Positions 26,720 to 36,065 are shown, counted from the stretch's first letter. The stretch is DNA of 64,000 nucleotides from Candidatus Enterousia sp. (GCA_045616625.1 JAZLHA010000013.1:4201-68200), one strand, 5' to 3'. Notes: generated by a model from the letters alone, not told the origin. Translations and numbers: made by a program.

Positions 26720-27779
26720 TTGATAATTTTCCCCTCATGACTAAATCATTGACGGTAACCCCGAATAATCCAGCTATGGTTCTGTCCAATCCTATTGCAA
26801 CACCGACAGTTGAAGGAATGCCAGCTTTAGCTTTTAATAAAAAGTCTTTATCCCATCTTTGTTGGGTTTTATCTTGGTTTCTGAAAATTTTCACCAGTTT
26901 ATCATAATTATTTTCACAAACATATATATGAGCTATTCCTTTACCATTATATACTACCTCTGCATCAAGTCCTAAGTTAGTTTCTGGGTCTATTTTAGCC
27001 AATGGACTTGCAATAGCTGGTTGGTAAACAGAAACAAAGGTTCCTGATGGCTTGATTTTATCTTTATAGAAACCAACTTGTTCTGAATCAGACATACTAG
27101 TAAGATCTTTACCAAATTCAGAAAAAGATTGCTGTAATGTCTTAACGGGCAGATTATCAAAATCATTTTTTCCAATTGAATGTGCAAAATCTTGCAAAAT
27201 TGTTTGCGCAAAATGTATACCATATTGTAAATCTTGACATGGTATATGAGATTCTAACATCGTATATTCTGTAGCATATTTATAAGAAATCCCCATATTT
27301 CTGAAAACATTTCCTATCTCATAAACAGGTACCATCAAATCGGCCAATACGGAACGCAGCAATAAATCGTGCGTAAATTTTAAATATAATGTTTTGCCTT
27401 TTTTATTCTGTGTTTCATAAGGATCTATATTTGAAGTGCCTTTATATCTTCCCAGTGTAGGGGTACGAACTTTTACTGCGCCTATTTTAGAGAAATGTTC
27501 ATCTGCAATTTGTTCAAATTTACTTTTATATAATGATATTTGTATCATATCTGGGTTAACAGCTTCGGGCGCATTGCATCTTTCTAACACATCCATGTTT
27601 ACAAAATGTGGCAATATTTCATTTGGATCATTTTCTATATCAAATTTAACAATATCACTGGTATGGGGTCTTGGTTCTAAACTTTTATCTATTTGACCAC
27701 ACACAACCTCATTGGCATTGCCAACTTTGATAAAAATAAATGTTTTCATTTTTTTTGTTTCTAAAACACGGCCAATCAT
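26709..27779 (-). CDS. Class II (LysRS/EpmA-like) aminoacyl-tRNA synthetase paralog
   Basis: Motif 1 is VKVRTPTL. Motif 2 is VYEIGNVFRNMGISYKYATEYTMLESH (compare FRNEG..HNPEFTMLE). Motif 3 is GVAIGLDRTIAGLFG. At 356 aa, with only a short OB-like N-terminus, it is too short for a canonical LysRS. Confidence 0.7.
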   Translation of the reverse strand: MIGRVLETKKMKTFIFIKVGNANEVVCGQIDKSLEPRPHTSDIVKFDIENDPNEILPHFVNMDVLERCNAPEAVNPDMIQISLYKSKFEQIADEHFSKIGAVKVRTPTLGRYKGTSNIDPYETQNKKGKTLYLKFTHDLLLRSVLADLMVPVYEIGNVFRNMGISYKYATEYTMLESHIPCQDLQYGIHFAQTILQDFAHSIGKNDFDNLPVKTLQQSFSEFGKDLTSMSDSEQVGFYKDKIKPSGTFVSVYQPAIASPLAKIDPETNLGLDAEVVYNGKGIAHIYVCENNYDKLVKIFRNQDKTQQRWDKDFLLKAKAGIPSTVGVAIGLDRTIAGLFGVTVNDLVMRGKLSNER

Positions 27780-27780
27780 T

Positions 27781-28986
27781 TTATTTGCTCCTTGTATACC
27801 TGGTATCTTTCAATAATACTTTCAAATAGTCTTCTTTGGACATGTTTGCCACTGGGTGGAAAAAGAAAGAATCTTTTTCAAACGGTTTAAGTTGCGCAAT
27901 ATCATTAAACGTTTTTACGTTATGAAGAGGCAAGTATTCTTTCCAACGACACGGGATATTATTGTTTTTTATGAAAGACAAACAGTAATCAACATCTTCT
28001 TTTGTTTGACCAGGCAGACCCAAAATAAAGAAACCGCGAGGTTGAATATTATTGCGTTTCAACATATCAAACACTTGAATAATCTTTTGTTCTTGGATGA
28101 CTTTGTGAACATTTTTTTGAACATTTGGTGATAACGATTCTATGCCAAGACCAATTTGGTAACAACCTGCCGAAGACATAGCCACACACAATTCTTCATC
28201 TAAACAGTCTACACGAGTAACAGTACGCCACTTGGGTATATTGGGTACATTTGCTGTCCTGATAGCATCGCATAAATTTAACACCCATTTTTTATCTATA
28301 GTAAAAGTGGTAGCATCTAAAAAATACCTATCATAAATATTTGTTTCAAAAAACTTAACAATCTCTGGTATTGGACGATACTCTACAAAACTTGCCGGAT
28401 GAAATATTTTTTCCATGCAAAAGGCACAGTTCGCTTTGCATCCCATTTGTACACTCAATTCCACTTCATTGTTTGAAATCTTTAAATATTCTTGTACAGG
28501 CATTTGATTTAATGGTGCAATACCCCATTCGATATTAGATGGTTTTTGCTTTGTTTTTATGATGTTGCCATCAATTGAAAAATCCGAAAAATCGCCCTGT
28601 AATATAGCTTTTATTGCGTTTCCCCTAAAACCAGATGCAACAACATAATCAAAATAATTGGTAAATAATCCAGGATTTAAAGCGCAAGCCGTACTATACC
28701 CAATAATCTTTGCTTTTGTTTGATTCCTTACGTATTCTACCAAATTTACAATTGACCTAGCAGTGTATACTTCAACCGGTATAAACACAAAATCTCTATC
28801 TGATAACCTGGATACGAATTCTTGCCTGGATATATTCTGCAAGCTTAGGTCTATAATATCAACATCAGAGTATTTTTTGGCGACCCCAGCCATCTCACCC
28901 AAGTATACATAGTGCTTAAATAAACTTGGTGGCGCGAACATTTCTCTGGGCCACAAAAAAAGACTTTTAGGTTTAGTTTCTTTCAT
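27781..28986 (-). CDS. Radical SAM enzyme with an N-terminal B12-binding-like domain (class B type)
   Basis: 401 aa with the CxxxCxxC motif in MGCKANCAFCMEK at about residue 190. The N-terminal ~150-aa Rossmann-like region follows the layout of B12-binding rSAM enzymes. Confidence 0.65.
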   Translation of the reverse strand: MKETKPKSLFLWPREMFAPPSLFKHYVYLGEMAGVAKKYSDVDIIDLSLQNISRQEFVSRLSDRDFVFIPVEVYTARSIVNLVEYVRNQTKAKIIGYSTACALNPGLFTNYFDYVVASGFRGNAIKAILQGDFSDFSIDGNIIKTKQKPSNIEWGIAPLNQMPVQEYLKISNNEVELSVQMGCKANCAFCMEKIFHPASFVEYRPIPEIVKFFETNIYDRYFLDATTFTIDKKWVLNLCDAIRTANVPNIPKWRTVTRVDCLDEELCVAMSSAGCYQIGLGIESLSPNVQKNVHKVIQEQKIIQVFDMLKRNNIQPRGFFILGLPGQTKEDVDYCLSFIKNNNIPCRWKEYLPLHNVKTFNDIAQLKPFEKDSFFFHPVANMSKEDYLKVLLKDTRYTRSK

Positions 28987-29009
28987 TATAATCCTAATTT
29001 AACAATTGT

Positions 29010-29038
29010 ATATTAGACAAAAACATTATATTTGTCAA
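29010..29038 (-). promoter_or_regulatory. Sigma-70-like promoter of the rSAM/aaRS-paralog operon
   Basis: On the minus strand: TTGACA (29038-29033), a 17-nt spacer, then TAATAT (29015-29010). The ATG at 28986 is preceded by AGGA. Confidence 0.55.
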
Positions 29039-29148
29039 ATATTTTTAACAATAATTATTAATCACCAAGATTTGCTTAAAAAACAAATAAAATGACTGGA
29101 CTTTTAGTTGAAAGTAATGACAAATGCGACAACATAAAAGGAGTTGTC

Positions 29149-29370
29149 ATGAAATATAAACACTATCGAGAAATCGAGCCCAGTAACAAAACCGACTTTA
29201 TTATGCTCTACTTCGCCACTTGCCGATCATTACGAGAATTAGAATCAAATGTAAGATATAAGCAAAATGGAAAACTAACATGCAAGCAAGCGTGGTTATT
29301 TCACCGATTGTACCGCAAACTATTCCAAATAGCAGCATTGTGGAAAAACGCACCACGTAAAATGTTATAA
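29149..29370 (+). CDS. Small hypothetical protein
   Basis: The ORF was trimmed to MKYKHYREI..., preceded by AAAGGAG. It is divergent from the rSAM operon and upstream of the R-M genes. Confidence 0.4.
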   Translation: MKYKHYREIEPSNKTDFIMLYFATCRSLRELESNVRYKQNGKLTCKQAWLFHRLYRKLFQIAALWKNAPRKML

Positions 29371-29428
29371 AACACCTTGATTTTATCTGCTATTTTCTTC
29401 TAATATAGCAACAAGGAAAGGATGAGTT

Positions 29429-30361
29429 TTGATAGCAATACCTGCAAGATTGCCAGATTATACAGAATGCCACCCTGTGTTGAAATGGGCCGGTGGCAAA
29501 GGGCAATTACTGAGCCAAATTGAGCAAAAATTACCCCTAAAATTAAAAATGGGCGGTATCAAGCGTTATATTGAACCTTTTGTTGGTGGTGGGGCAGTGT
29601 TTTTCGATATTTACAATAAATATGTTATTCATGAAGCCTTCTTGTTTGATATTAACCCTGAACTAGTAATTTTGTACAATGTTATCAAACATGATGTAGA
29701 AGATTTGATCGTTGAGCTGACTAAAATTCAAACAGAATATAAACATACAGATGATACCAAAGCGTATTATTACGCTAGACGTGACGAATATAATAGCTTT
29801 GATAAAAATATAGATGCTAATGTTTATAGTCATAGTTTCGTCCGTCGTGCTGCTTTAACTGTATTCCTAAACAGAACATGTTTTAATGGTTTGTTCCGTG
29901 TAAATAGCAAAAATGAATTCAATGTCCCAATGGGCAAATATACGAATCCGCGTATATTGGATGAAGAAAACTTGCGTAACGTATCCGAAGCATTACAGAT
30001 TACGACAATTATACAAGCTGATTTTGGTGCCACACCAGATTATGTAAAAGCGGATACTTTTATTTACTATGACCCACCATATCGTCCAATTCGCGAAACC
30101 TCTTCATTTAATTCGTACGCTGTTGGTGATTTTGATGACGATGAACAAGAACGGATAAAAGCTGTTTTTGATAAGTGTCATCAGATGGGTGCATTGCAAA
30201 TGTTGAGCAATTCAGATCCGACCAATTATATTGATGATCCTTTCTTTGACGATTTATATAAAGATTATAAAATTAACCGTATTTTGGCTAAACGTCTTAT
30301 AAATTCCAAGGCTGATGGTCGTGATGCAATTCGTGAATTATTGATTACAAATTATGACTAA
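29429..30361 (+). CDS. Dam-family (D12 class, alpha-group) N6-adenine DNA methyltransferase
   Basis: Motifs: LKWAGGKGQLL, EPFVGGGAVFF, YYDPPY. It has a TTG start with AAGGAAAGGA upstream. Confidence 0.8.
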   Translation: MIAIPARLPDYTECHPVLKWAGGKGQLLSQIEQKLPLKLKMGGIKRYIEPFVGGGAVFFDIYNKYVIHEAFLFDINPELVILYNVIKHDVEDLIVELTKIQTEYKHTDDTKAYYYARRDEYNSFDKNIDANVYSHSFVRRAALTVFLNRTCFNGLFRVNSKNEFNVPMGKYTNPRILDEENLRNVSEALQITTIIQADFGATPDYVKADTFIYYDPPYRPIRETSSFNSYAVGDFDDDEQERIKAVFDKCHQMGALQMLSNSDPTNYIDDPFFDDLYKDYKINRILAKRLINSKADGRDAIRELLITNYD

Positions 30362-31139
30362 AAAACAGTATCGTCTTTATTGTGCAGATTGTCTTGAAAA
30401 ACTAGCCGAGATTCCTGAGAATACTTTTGATATGATTTTTGCTGACCCGCCATATATGCTTTCTAATGGTGGTATCACATGCCAAAATGGTTGCGTTGTA
30501 TCTGTGAACAAAGGCGATTGGGATAAATCACATGGACTTAGTGATGATTTTGAATTTCATAAAAAATGGCTCTGTGCATGCCATCGTGTTTTGAAACCGA
30601 ACGGAACACTCTGGGTCAGTGGAACTTATCACAGTATTTATTCGTGTGGTTTTGCTATGCAGTTATTGGGTTTTCATATATTAAACGACATAACATGGTT
30701 TAAACCTAATGCCAGTCCAAATATGTCTTGCCGATACTTTACCGCAAGCCACGAGACACTGATATGGGCACGCAAAAACAAAAAGGCAAAACATACATTT
30801 AATTACGAAGCCATGAAAAATGGTGATTTCCCAAAAGATTTTATTAAGAAAGCCGGATGCCAGATGCGTAGTGTTTGGGCTATTGGCACACCAACAAAAT
30901 CAGAAAAGAAGTTTGGAAAACACCCAACACAAAAACCAGTAGAGTTGTTGGAACGTATAATTCTGGCATCAACGAATCCAGGCGATTTGATTTTGGACCC
31001 ATTTATGGGCAGTGGCACGACAGGTGTCGCCGCATTAAAGCATGGTCGTCTATTTGTGGGTATAGACCAAGAGCCACAATTTGTTGACCTGGCGGAAAAA
31101 AGACTCTATGATGTATCTGAGAAAAAGGACAAAAAATGA
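30354..31139 (+). CDS. Second DNA methyltransferase (beta-group N6A/N4C, DpnA-like position)
   Basis: Motifs: FADPPY, then HPTQKPVELLERII and LDPFMGSGTTGVAA. It overlaps the upstream gene. Confidence 0.8.
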   Translation: MTKKQYRLYCADCLEKLAEIPENTFDMIFADPPYMLSNGGITCQNGCVVSVNKGDWDKSHGLSDDFEFHKKWLCACHRVLKPNGTLWVSGTYHSIYSCGFAMQLLGFHILNDITWFKPNASPNMSCRYFTASHETLIWARKNKKAKHTFNYEAMKNGDFPKDFIKKAGCQMRSVWAIGTPTKSEKKFGKHPTQKPVELLERIILASTNPGDLILDPFMGSGTTGVAALKHGRLFVGIDQEPQFVDLAEKRLYDVSEKKDKK

Positions 31140-31678
31140 AAGCGAACGGAATTGGCGGAGCAAATACCAAAACAGGTTTGGTTTTTGAAGGAAAAACAGA
31201 TTTACGAACATTTTTATGTTCACAAACAGGGTATGATTGCGTGGACGATAAACGTGGCTGGGTTTCTGTTTTGTACAAAGGCGAAGAAGTAGCATCTATC
31301 TTTAAGAAAACTGCATTATATAAATTCTTGGAATATCGTGGCATTGACTGGAAATCTATATTATCTAAAAAACTGTTGCCAGATGATTCTATCTATGTTG
31401 TTATAAACAATACGTTTTTTGTTATTGAATGTAAGTTTCAACGTGTTGCGGGTTCTGTAGACGAAAAATTACAAACATGCGATTTTAAGAAAAAGCAATA
31501 TAAAAAATTGTTGGCACAACTGAACATGGAAGTCGAATATATCTACCTGTTAAGTGATTGGTTCAAACAGCCATGCTATCAAGATGTATTAGATTACATC
31601 GTATCTGTCGGTTGTTCGTATTATTTTGAATATATTCCTTTACAAAAATTTGGGTTACCGGTTCCAACTGATAAATAA
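31136..31678 (+). CDS. Putative type II restriction endonuclease (PD-(D/E)xK-like)
   Basis: 180 aa, start overlapping the methylase stop (ATGA). A candidate D...E-x-K core lies in PDDSIYVVINNTFFVIECKF. Its position mirrors the M-M-R order of DpnII/MboI-type systems. Confidence 0.5.
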   Translation: MKANGIGGANTKTGLVFEGKTDLRTFLCSQTGYDCVDDKRGWVSVLYKGEEVASIFKKTALYKFLEYRGIDWKSILSKKLLPDDSIYVVINNTFFVIECKFQRVAGSVDEKLQTCDFKKKQYKKLLAQLNMEVEYIYLLSDWFKQPCYQDVLDYIVSVGCSYYFEYIPLQKFGLPVPTDK

Positions 31679-31689
31679 TTATTAAAAAT

Positions 31690-33132
31690 ATGGCGACTTT
31701 GGATTTAGATCATCATAAAAATTATGAATGGGTAGGCACTTTTTGGATGCCAAATAAACCAGGTAAGGAATTTTCTGGAAAATTGAGTTATTCTCCAGAA
31801 ACAGGGATTCAAATCTCGGTGTTTAATACAGATGTAAAACCACTTGTTAATAAATCTTTACGTATAATACATGGTATAATTCGTCATGGAGAAGAAACCA
31901 TACCGATTACATTATTTGAAGTGTTTTTACAACGTTCTGGAATGAGTATACATCTCGTCTTGTCAGAATTTGTTACAGGATCTGCTAGAGTAATTGTTTT
32001 TGGTGATTTACTAAAAAATTTTATAATAAGTGGCTTATATATAGACTATGATGACAATTTCTATCAATTTTTGTCCACAAATAAAAACATTAGTTCTATG
32101 GTGACATTTACACAAATACCAGTTGTAATAGGTAAAACACAAATTTCGCTTGAAATAGTGAATGCAACAGCTCACACCATTTATTCCGCTGATGATTTTG
32201 ATGATATCATTTGTTCTTTTTCTGCAGAATCTAATAATATTATGAATTCATTTAAAAAGCATATACAACCATTCTTAGATGAAAACAAATATAATTTATT
32301 AAAACGTCTCCACACGAATATCGCTATTCATATAAAGTCAGGTTATAACAAATTCTCTATTTATAGAATGCTTGAACATAAGTTGCGGTTGTTTTTAGAA
32401 TTTTTAGTGGATTGTAAGATAGGTATAAATTTTAGCTGGATTGATGTTGTGAAACACGACAGGAATGACAAAATATATCACAAAGCATATCCCATGCTTT
32501 GCAAGGATTTTGCTTATTCTTCTGTGCATAATCATAAAAAATTATCACATGTTTTTATGCCAATAACCATAAGGGATTTTGTAATAAATAAAGATAATAA
32601 TTTGTTAAATGCATCACTCAACAGATGGTTAAGTGTCTATGACGAACCAGGTTGGCATAATTTGATTACAGGAATTGAAGATATCTTGAACGAACATCGG
32701 TCGGTAATTAGTCAAAAAGATTATGTAATGTTGATTTCTTACATAGAAACTTTACAAAACTTACGAGGAAAACCTAAAAACAATGACATAGATGGTTTTG
32801 TTTCAGAAAATTTATCAACATCATGGAAAACAAAAATAAAACGCATATTAAAATATTCCCAAAAACAAGATAAAAATCTGGGCAACGCTTTGTGCGAAAT
32901 ACGCAACGTAATAGTTCACCCAAAATCGCATAAGAAAAATAACGGTAAATATTATGCAATCGCAAATAATGAATTAGCATTGCAAAATGTTTATGGTATA
33001 TTAGCCGGTGCATTTATAAATGGTTTAATGAATGACATATATTCTATACCTAAGGAAATAATTACTAAACATATCAATATGTTTATTCAAACACATTCTT
33101 CTTATAAATATATAAGATATAAAAAAGCTTAG
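31690..33132 (+). CDS. ApeA-like HEPN-domain protein (candidate abortive-infection effector)
   Basis: 480 aa. The N-terminus WVGTFWMPNKPGKEFSGKLSYSPETGIQISVF resembles the ApeA N-terminal domain. An Rx4H HEPN motif is present in LCEIRNVIVHPKS. It lies 11 nt after the REase gene. Confidence 0.5.
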   Translation: MATLDLDHHKNYEWVGTFWMPNKPGKEFSGKLSYSPETGIQISVFNTDVKPLVNKSLRIIHGIIRHGEETIPITLFEVFLQRSGMSIHLVLSEFVTGSARVIVFGDLLKNFIISGLYIDYDDNFYQFLSTNKNISSMVTFTQIPVVIGKTQISLEIVNATAHTIYSADDFDDIICSFSAESNNIMNSFKKHIQPFLDENKYNLLKRLHTNIAIHIKSGYNKFSIYRMLEHKLRLFLEFLVDCKIGINFSWIDVVKHDRNDKIYHKAYPMLCKDFAYSSVHNHKKLSHVFMPITIRDFVINKDNNLLNASLNRWLSVYDEPGWHNLITGIEDILNEHRSVISQKDYVMLISYIETLQNLRGKPKNNDIDGFVSENLSTSWKTKIKRILKYSQKQDKNLGNALCEIRNVIVHPKSHKKNNGKYYAIANNELALQNVYGILAGAFINGLMNDIYSIPKEIITKHINMFIQTHSSYKYIRYKKA

Positions 33133-33224
33133 ATGTATATTATATTTTATTCTTTTATTGATTTATTTTAACATTTTAGATAGGAGTCGAACTAAAATCC
33201 TATTATCGTCAATGTCATGAAAAA

Positions 33225-33791
33225 TTATTTATCCGCTTGTTTCGCTCTTTTAATATTGTTATATGCTTGATAAACCCTAGCGATTCTATAAATATTTATG
33301 ATAGTAGCCAAACATAAAAGTAAAGCATACGCAAAAATTAATGTTGATATACCAGAAAATATCATTATCCCATATGTGGGCATTATGTTTATCACAGTTT
33401 TTCCTATAAGAGCCAAAAACAAAGACAGTAATTGTATTATTATAAAGTGTACAAAAGCTGCATTTGCTTGCATATACAATGTTTCTGTTGTCTGGTTTTT
33501 CCTTCTTTGTGAAATTAATCTTCTGAAATCGTCTTCTCCAAAAGTTGATAGCAATGTATAGGCGGCCAAAGAAAAACCCAATAACGCAGGAATAATCGTT
33601 TTAACATTATCGATCCAGGAACAATTATTTATCCATTCACCACACATAAAAATGGTCAAAAAAATAGAAAAAATAAAATAAAAAGAAGAAAATATCTTAG
33701 AAAATCCACCATATCCATCAGTATAAATATCTTTTAAAATATCAAAAATATTTTCTGTATTTTTTTTATGTATAGATAAAAATTTTTTCAT
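33225..33791 (-). CDS. Four-TM membrane protein
   Basis: 188 aa with four hydrophobic segments. Its start overlaps the stop of the upstream 289-aa gene. Confidence 0.6.
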   Translation of the reverse strand: MKKFLSIHKKNTENIFDILKDIYTDGYGGFSKIFSSFYFIFSIFLTIFMCGEWINNCSWIDNVKTIIPALLGFSLAAYTLLSTFGEDDFRRLISQRRKNQTTETLYMQANAAFVHFIIIQLLSLFLALIGKTVINIMPTYGIMIFSGISTLIFAYALLLCLATIINIYRIARVYQAYNNIKRAKQADK

Positions 33792-34660
33792 CAGTTTGCT
33801 CTAATTTTTCTTAAAAATTCTTTAAGAACATTATCAATGCCCGATTCTGGATCAGAATCAAAAAACTCCATGCAAGGATGTTCTCTTGTGGAATCCGTCA
33901 TTGTTTGACCATTTTTGTTTATTGCCCTAACAGAAACTAAGCCATTTGTACTTGCTATCCGTGCAATAATTTTCGTATCTGCACTTATGGTTAAACCGTT
34001 TTCATTCGCGGCTGTATAGTTAATTTCTTCTGCTTTTGCATTCATATTGTTAAGTCTGTCCATTATCTCTCTTTCTGAATCTGCCAGGTCATCTGGATTT
34101 GGAGGTGTTATTTTTATTTCCAATTTTTTTATAATTGGATTGGCTAATAATACATCTAGTACGTTAGATTCTGGAACCAAAGTCACATCCACTTGGCCAT
34201 AATTTTGGAACAGCACATCATTATTAAGGATGTTACTAAATAAATTTTTTATATTTTTAGGCCCAAAACTTTCTTGTTTTTTATTTTTCATTTCAAAGTA
34301 CAGTTTATGGCTGGCAGTGTCAAATATAAAGTGGCATGTAGTCAAGTTAGGGCGTAAACACTCTGGTATTTTAATTTCGTTTTTTTCATAGCCCTCGGCT
34401 TCATCAAGTTTCTCAAGATTAAGCCAAGGTTTATCTTTGTCTATTGTTGAGAAAATATACAACGCGCCTATTAAAGCATTTTGTATATCGTCTAATGGGA
34501 GCAGCTTGCCGATAATACCGCGTTTTTCTCCATAATATTTTGAATCTAGTCCTCTTTTTCCATTCTGAAAAGCCGCGTTAAATAGATCGCAATACATTTG
34601 TGGCGAATGTGGTTGTGTGGTGATGTTTAAAATCCCAAATATATTTTTTCGTAATTTCAC
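33791..34660 (-). CDS. Hypothetical soluble protein (possibly DUF4747-like), partner of the 4-TM protein
   Basis: 289 aa. The N-terminus FGILNITTQPHSPQMYCDLFNAAF is reminiscent of DUF4747, from memory only. Confidence 0.5.
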   Translation of the reverse strand: MKLRKNIFGILNITTQPHSPQMYCDLFNAAFQNGKRGLDSKYYGEKRGIIGKLLPLDDIQNALIGALYIFSTIDKDKPWLNLEKLDEAEGYEKNEIKIPECLRPNLTTCHFIFDTASHKLYFEMKNKKQESFGPKNIKNLFSNILNNDVLFQNYGQVDVTLVPESNVLDVLLANPIIKKLEIKITPPNPDDLADSEREIMDRLNNMNAKAEEINYTAANENGLTISADTKIIARIASTNGLVSVRAINKNGQTMTDSTREHPCMEFFDSDPESGIDNVLKEFLRKIRAN

Positions 34661-34842
34661 AGTAAGTACCTTTATGAATTTTTCAACTATATGACTTAAA
34701 CTTGCCCATAATATACCACTTTAGCATTATTTTCATATAAGTCAATTTATCTGTAAATATATTTATATTATTAGATATGCTTTCGTTCGTAACAAAATTG
34801 AAATGCGTATTTTGACTTATTAAAAAAGTTACTTATTTGATT

Positions 34843-36015
34843 TTAAAACTTATTCTTAAATGATTCTAATGCATTTAAGAATGCTTCGCGTTTTGATGTG
34901 ATAATATTTTCATCCAAGAAATAAAACACATCCAGTTTGTCATATGGTTTTGATTTAGAACGTGGAGTATGTTTGATGAATGGTTTTAAGTCAGCGAATA
35001 GCGAATTTGCCATTAATTCGGAATATCCGCGTCGCTTTAATGCGTTCATAATTTTGATTGGTACAAACCAATTATCTTTAAAACTGATGTTTATTAATGG
35101 TGCTATGTTAGGCAAATGGATAATTATACTTTTTTCACCATAATTGATATAAAAACCTAAATTTCTTATAGCATCCATAAAGTTGCTGATTTGTTCTGCG
35201 TCAGTGTTAGGATGTGATTTAATGTAGTTTTTAATAAATTCTTCGTCTGTCTGCAATTTTTTGTTATGTGTATTTACAGGGTTTGACAGTTCTTCTTCTG
35301 TGTTTTCTACTTTGATAGATCCATCTTCAATACTGATAACACCACGTGTAACAACTTTGGTGTGTGCAGTTAAATGCGGAATAACAATTTTTGATGTTCC
35401 AAGTTTATATATTTCTAATTCGCAGAGGGCTATATTGTGGTGCATATCAATCATATTACTGGTGCTTTCTAGTAATTCTTCGACATTTTCACGAATTCCA
35501 TCACCAACAATCATTAATAAAAAGCGAGATTTATGAATGTTCTTTGTTAGGGTATCCACAAATTCTATTTCGTCGGTATTATCTTTGTGACCTGCAGCAA
35601 CAAGTGCATCAAATAAATTAGTTTTTGTTTTGTGATATTCTTTATATGCACGATTTACGTTTTCATAATCCCATGTTTTGATAGCCTTAGCATATTCAAT
35701 GATTTGTCCGACAACTGCACGTCTGGCTTCTGGGTTAGACCAAAGTTTTGTTTCAACTATGACTAAATGTCCATTTGGGGTCACATATAGATTATCAATC
35801 CTGCCGTTTGGTGTCATGATTTCACGACCGATTAAAAACAATGGGGAATAAGTGGGGTCAACATCACCAGTGGGTAAAATTGATGGGTTTTTTGCTAATA
35901 AATCTTGCAGCCATTTTTCTTTTATTGTTTCAGATGATAGTAATACTCGATTTAATTTTTCATATTTGTTGGATTTATCAATTAATACTGGCGTTTTAGC
36001 TGCACGGTTTGACAT
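34843..36015 (-). CDS. PD-(D/E)xK (NucS/DUF91-like) nuclease-family protein
   Basis: The ORF was trimmed to MSNRAAK..., preceded by AAGGGGG. The motif KWLQDLLAKNPSILP...GRIDNLYVTPNGHLVIVETKLW...GQIIEYAKAI is a D...E-x-K nuclease core with the usual flanking pattern. Confidence 0.6.
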   Translation of the reverse strand: MSNRAAKTPVLIDKSNKYEKLNRVLLSSETIKEKWLQDLLAKNPSILPTGDVDPTYSPLFLIGREIMTPNGRIDNLYVTPNGHLVIVETKLWSNPEARRAVVGQIIEYAKAIKTWDYENVNRAYKEYHKTKTNLFDALVAAGHKDNTDEIEFVDTLTKNIHKSRFLLMIVGDGIRENVEELLESTSNMIDMHHNIALCELEIYKLGTSKIVIPHLTAHTKVVTRGVISIEDGSIKVENTEEELSNPVNTHNKKLQTDEEFIKNYIKSHPNTDAEQISNFMDAIRNLGFYINYGEKSIIIHLPNIAPLINISFKDNWFVPIKIMNALKRRGYSELMANSLFADLKPFIKHTPRSKSKPYDKLDVFYFLDENIITSKREAFLNALESFKNKF

Positions 36016-36040
36016 GTTTACCCCCTTGTTGTTGTTAGTC

Positions 36041-36065
36041 AAAAACCACCAAGATAAATTGGTGG
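36041..36065 (-). terminator. Intrinsic-terminator-like hairpin between the structured leader and the RBS of the nuclease gene
   Basis: The minus strand reads CCACC-AAUUUAUCUU-GGUGG followed by UUUUU. The RBS AAGGGGG and the ATG follow within about 25 nt. Confidence 0.55.

Noticed and set aside
25634-27779. Interpretation of the aaRS paralog plus the adjacent radical SAM gene as the housekeeping EpmA/EpmB (EF-P beta-lysylation) pair.
   Set aside because: The rSAM motif context (GCPIKCSYCVV) does not look like the lysine-2,3-aminomutase family signature (CxxxCRYCFRR). The genes are coupled to a second, B12-type rSAM and a HAD protein. The locus also lies on a mobile island. It is kept as the main alternative to test rather than fully excluded.
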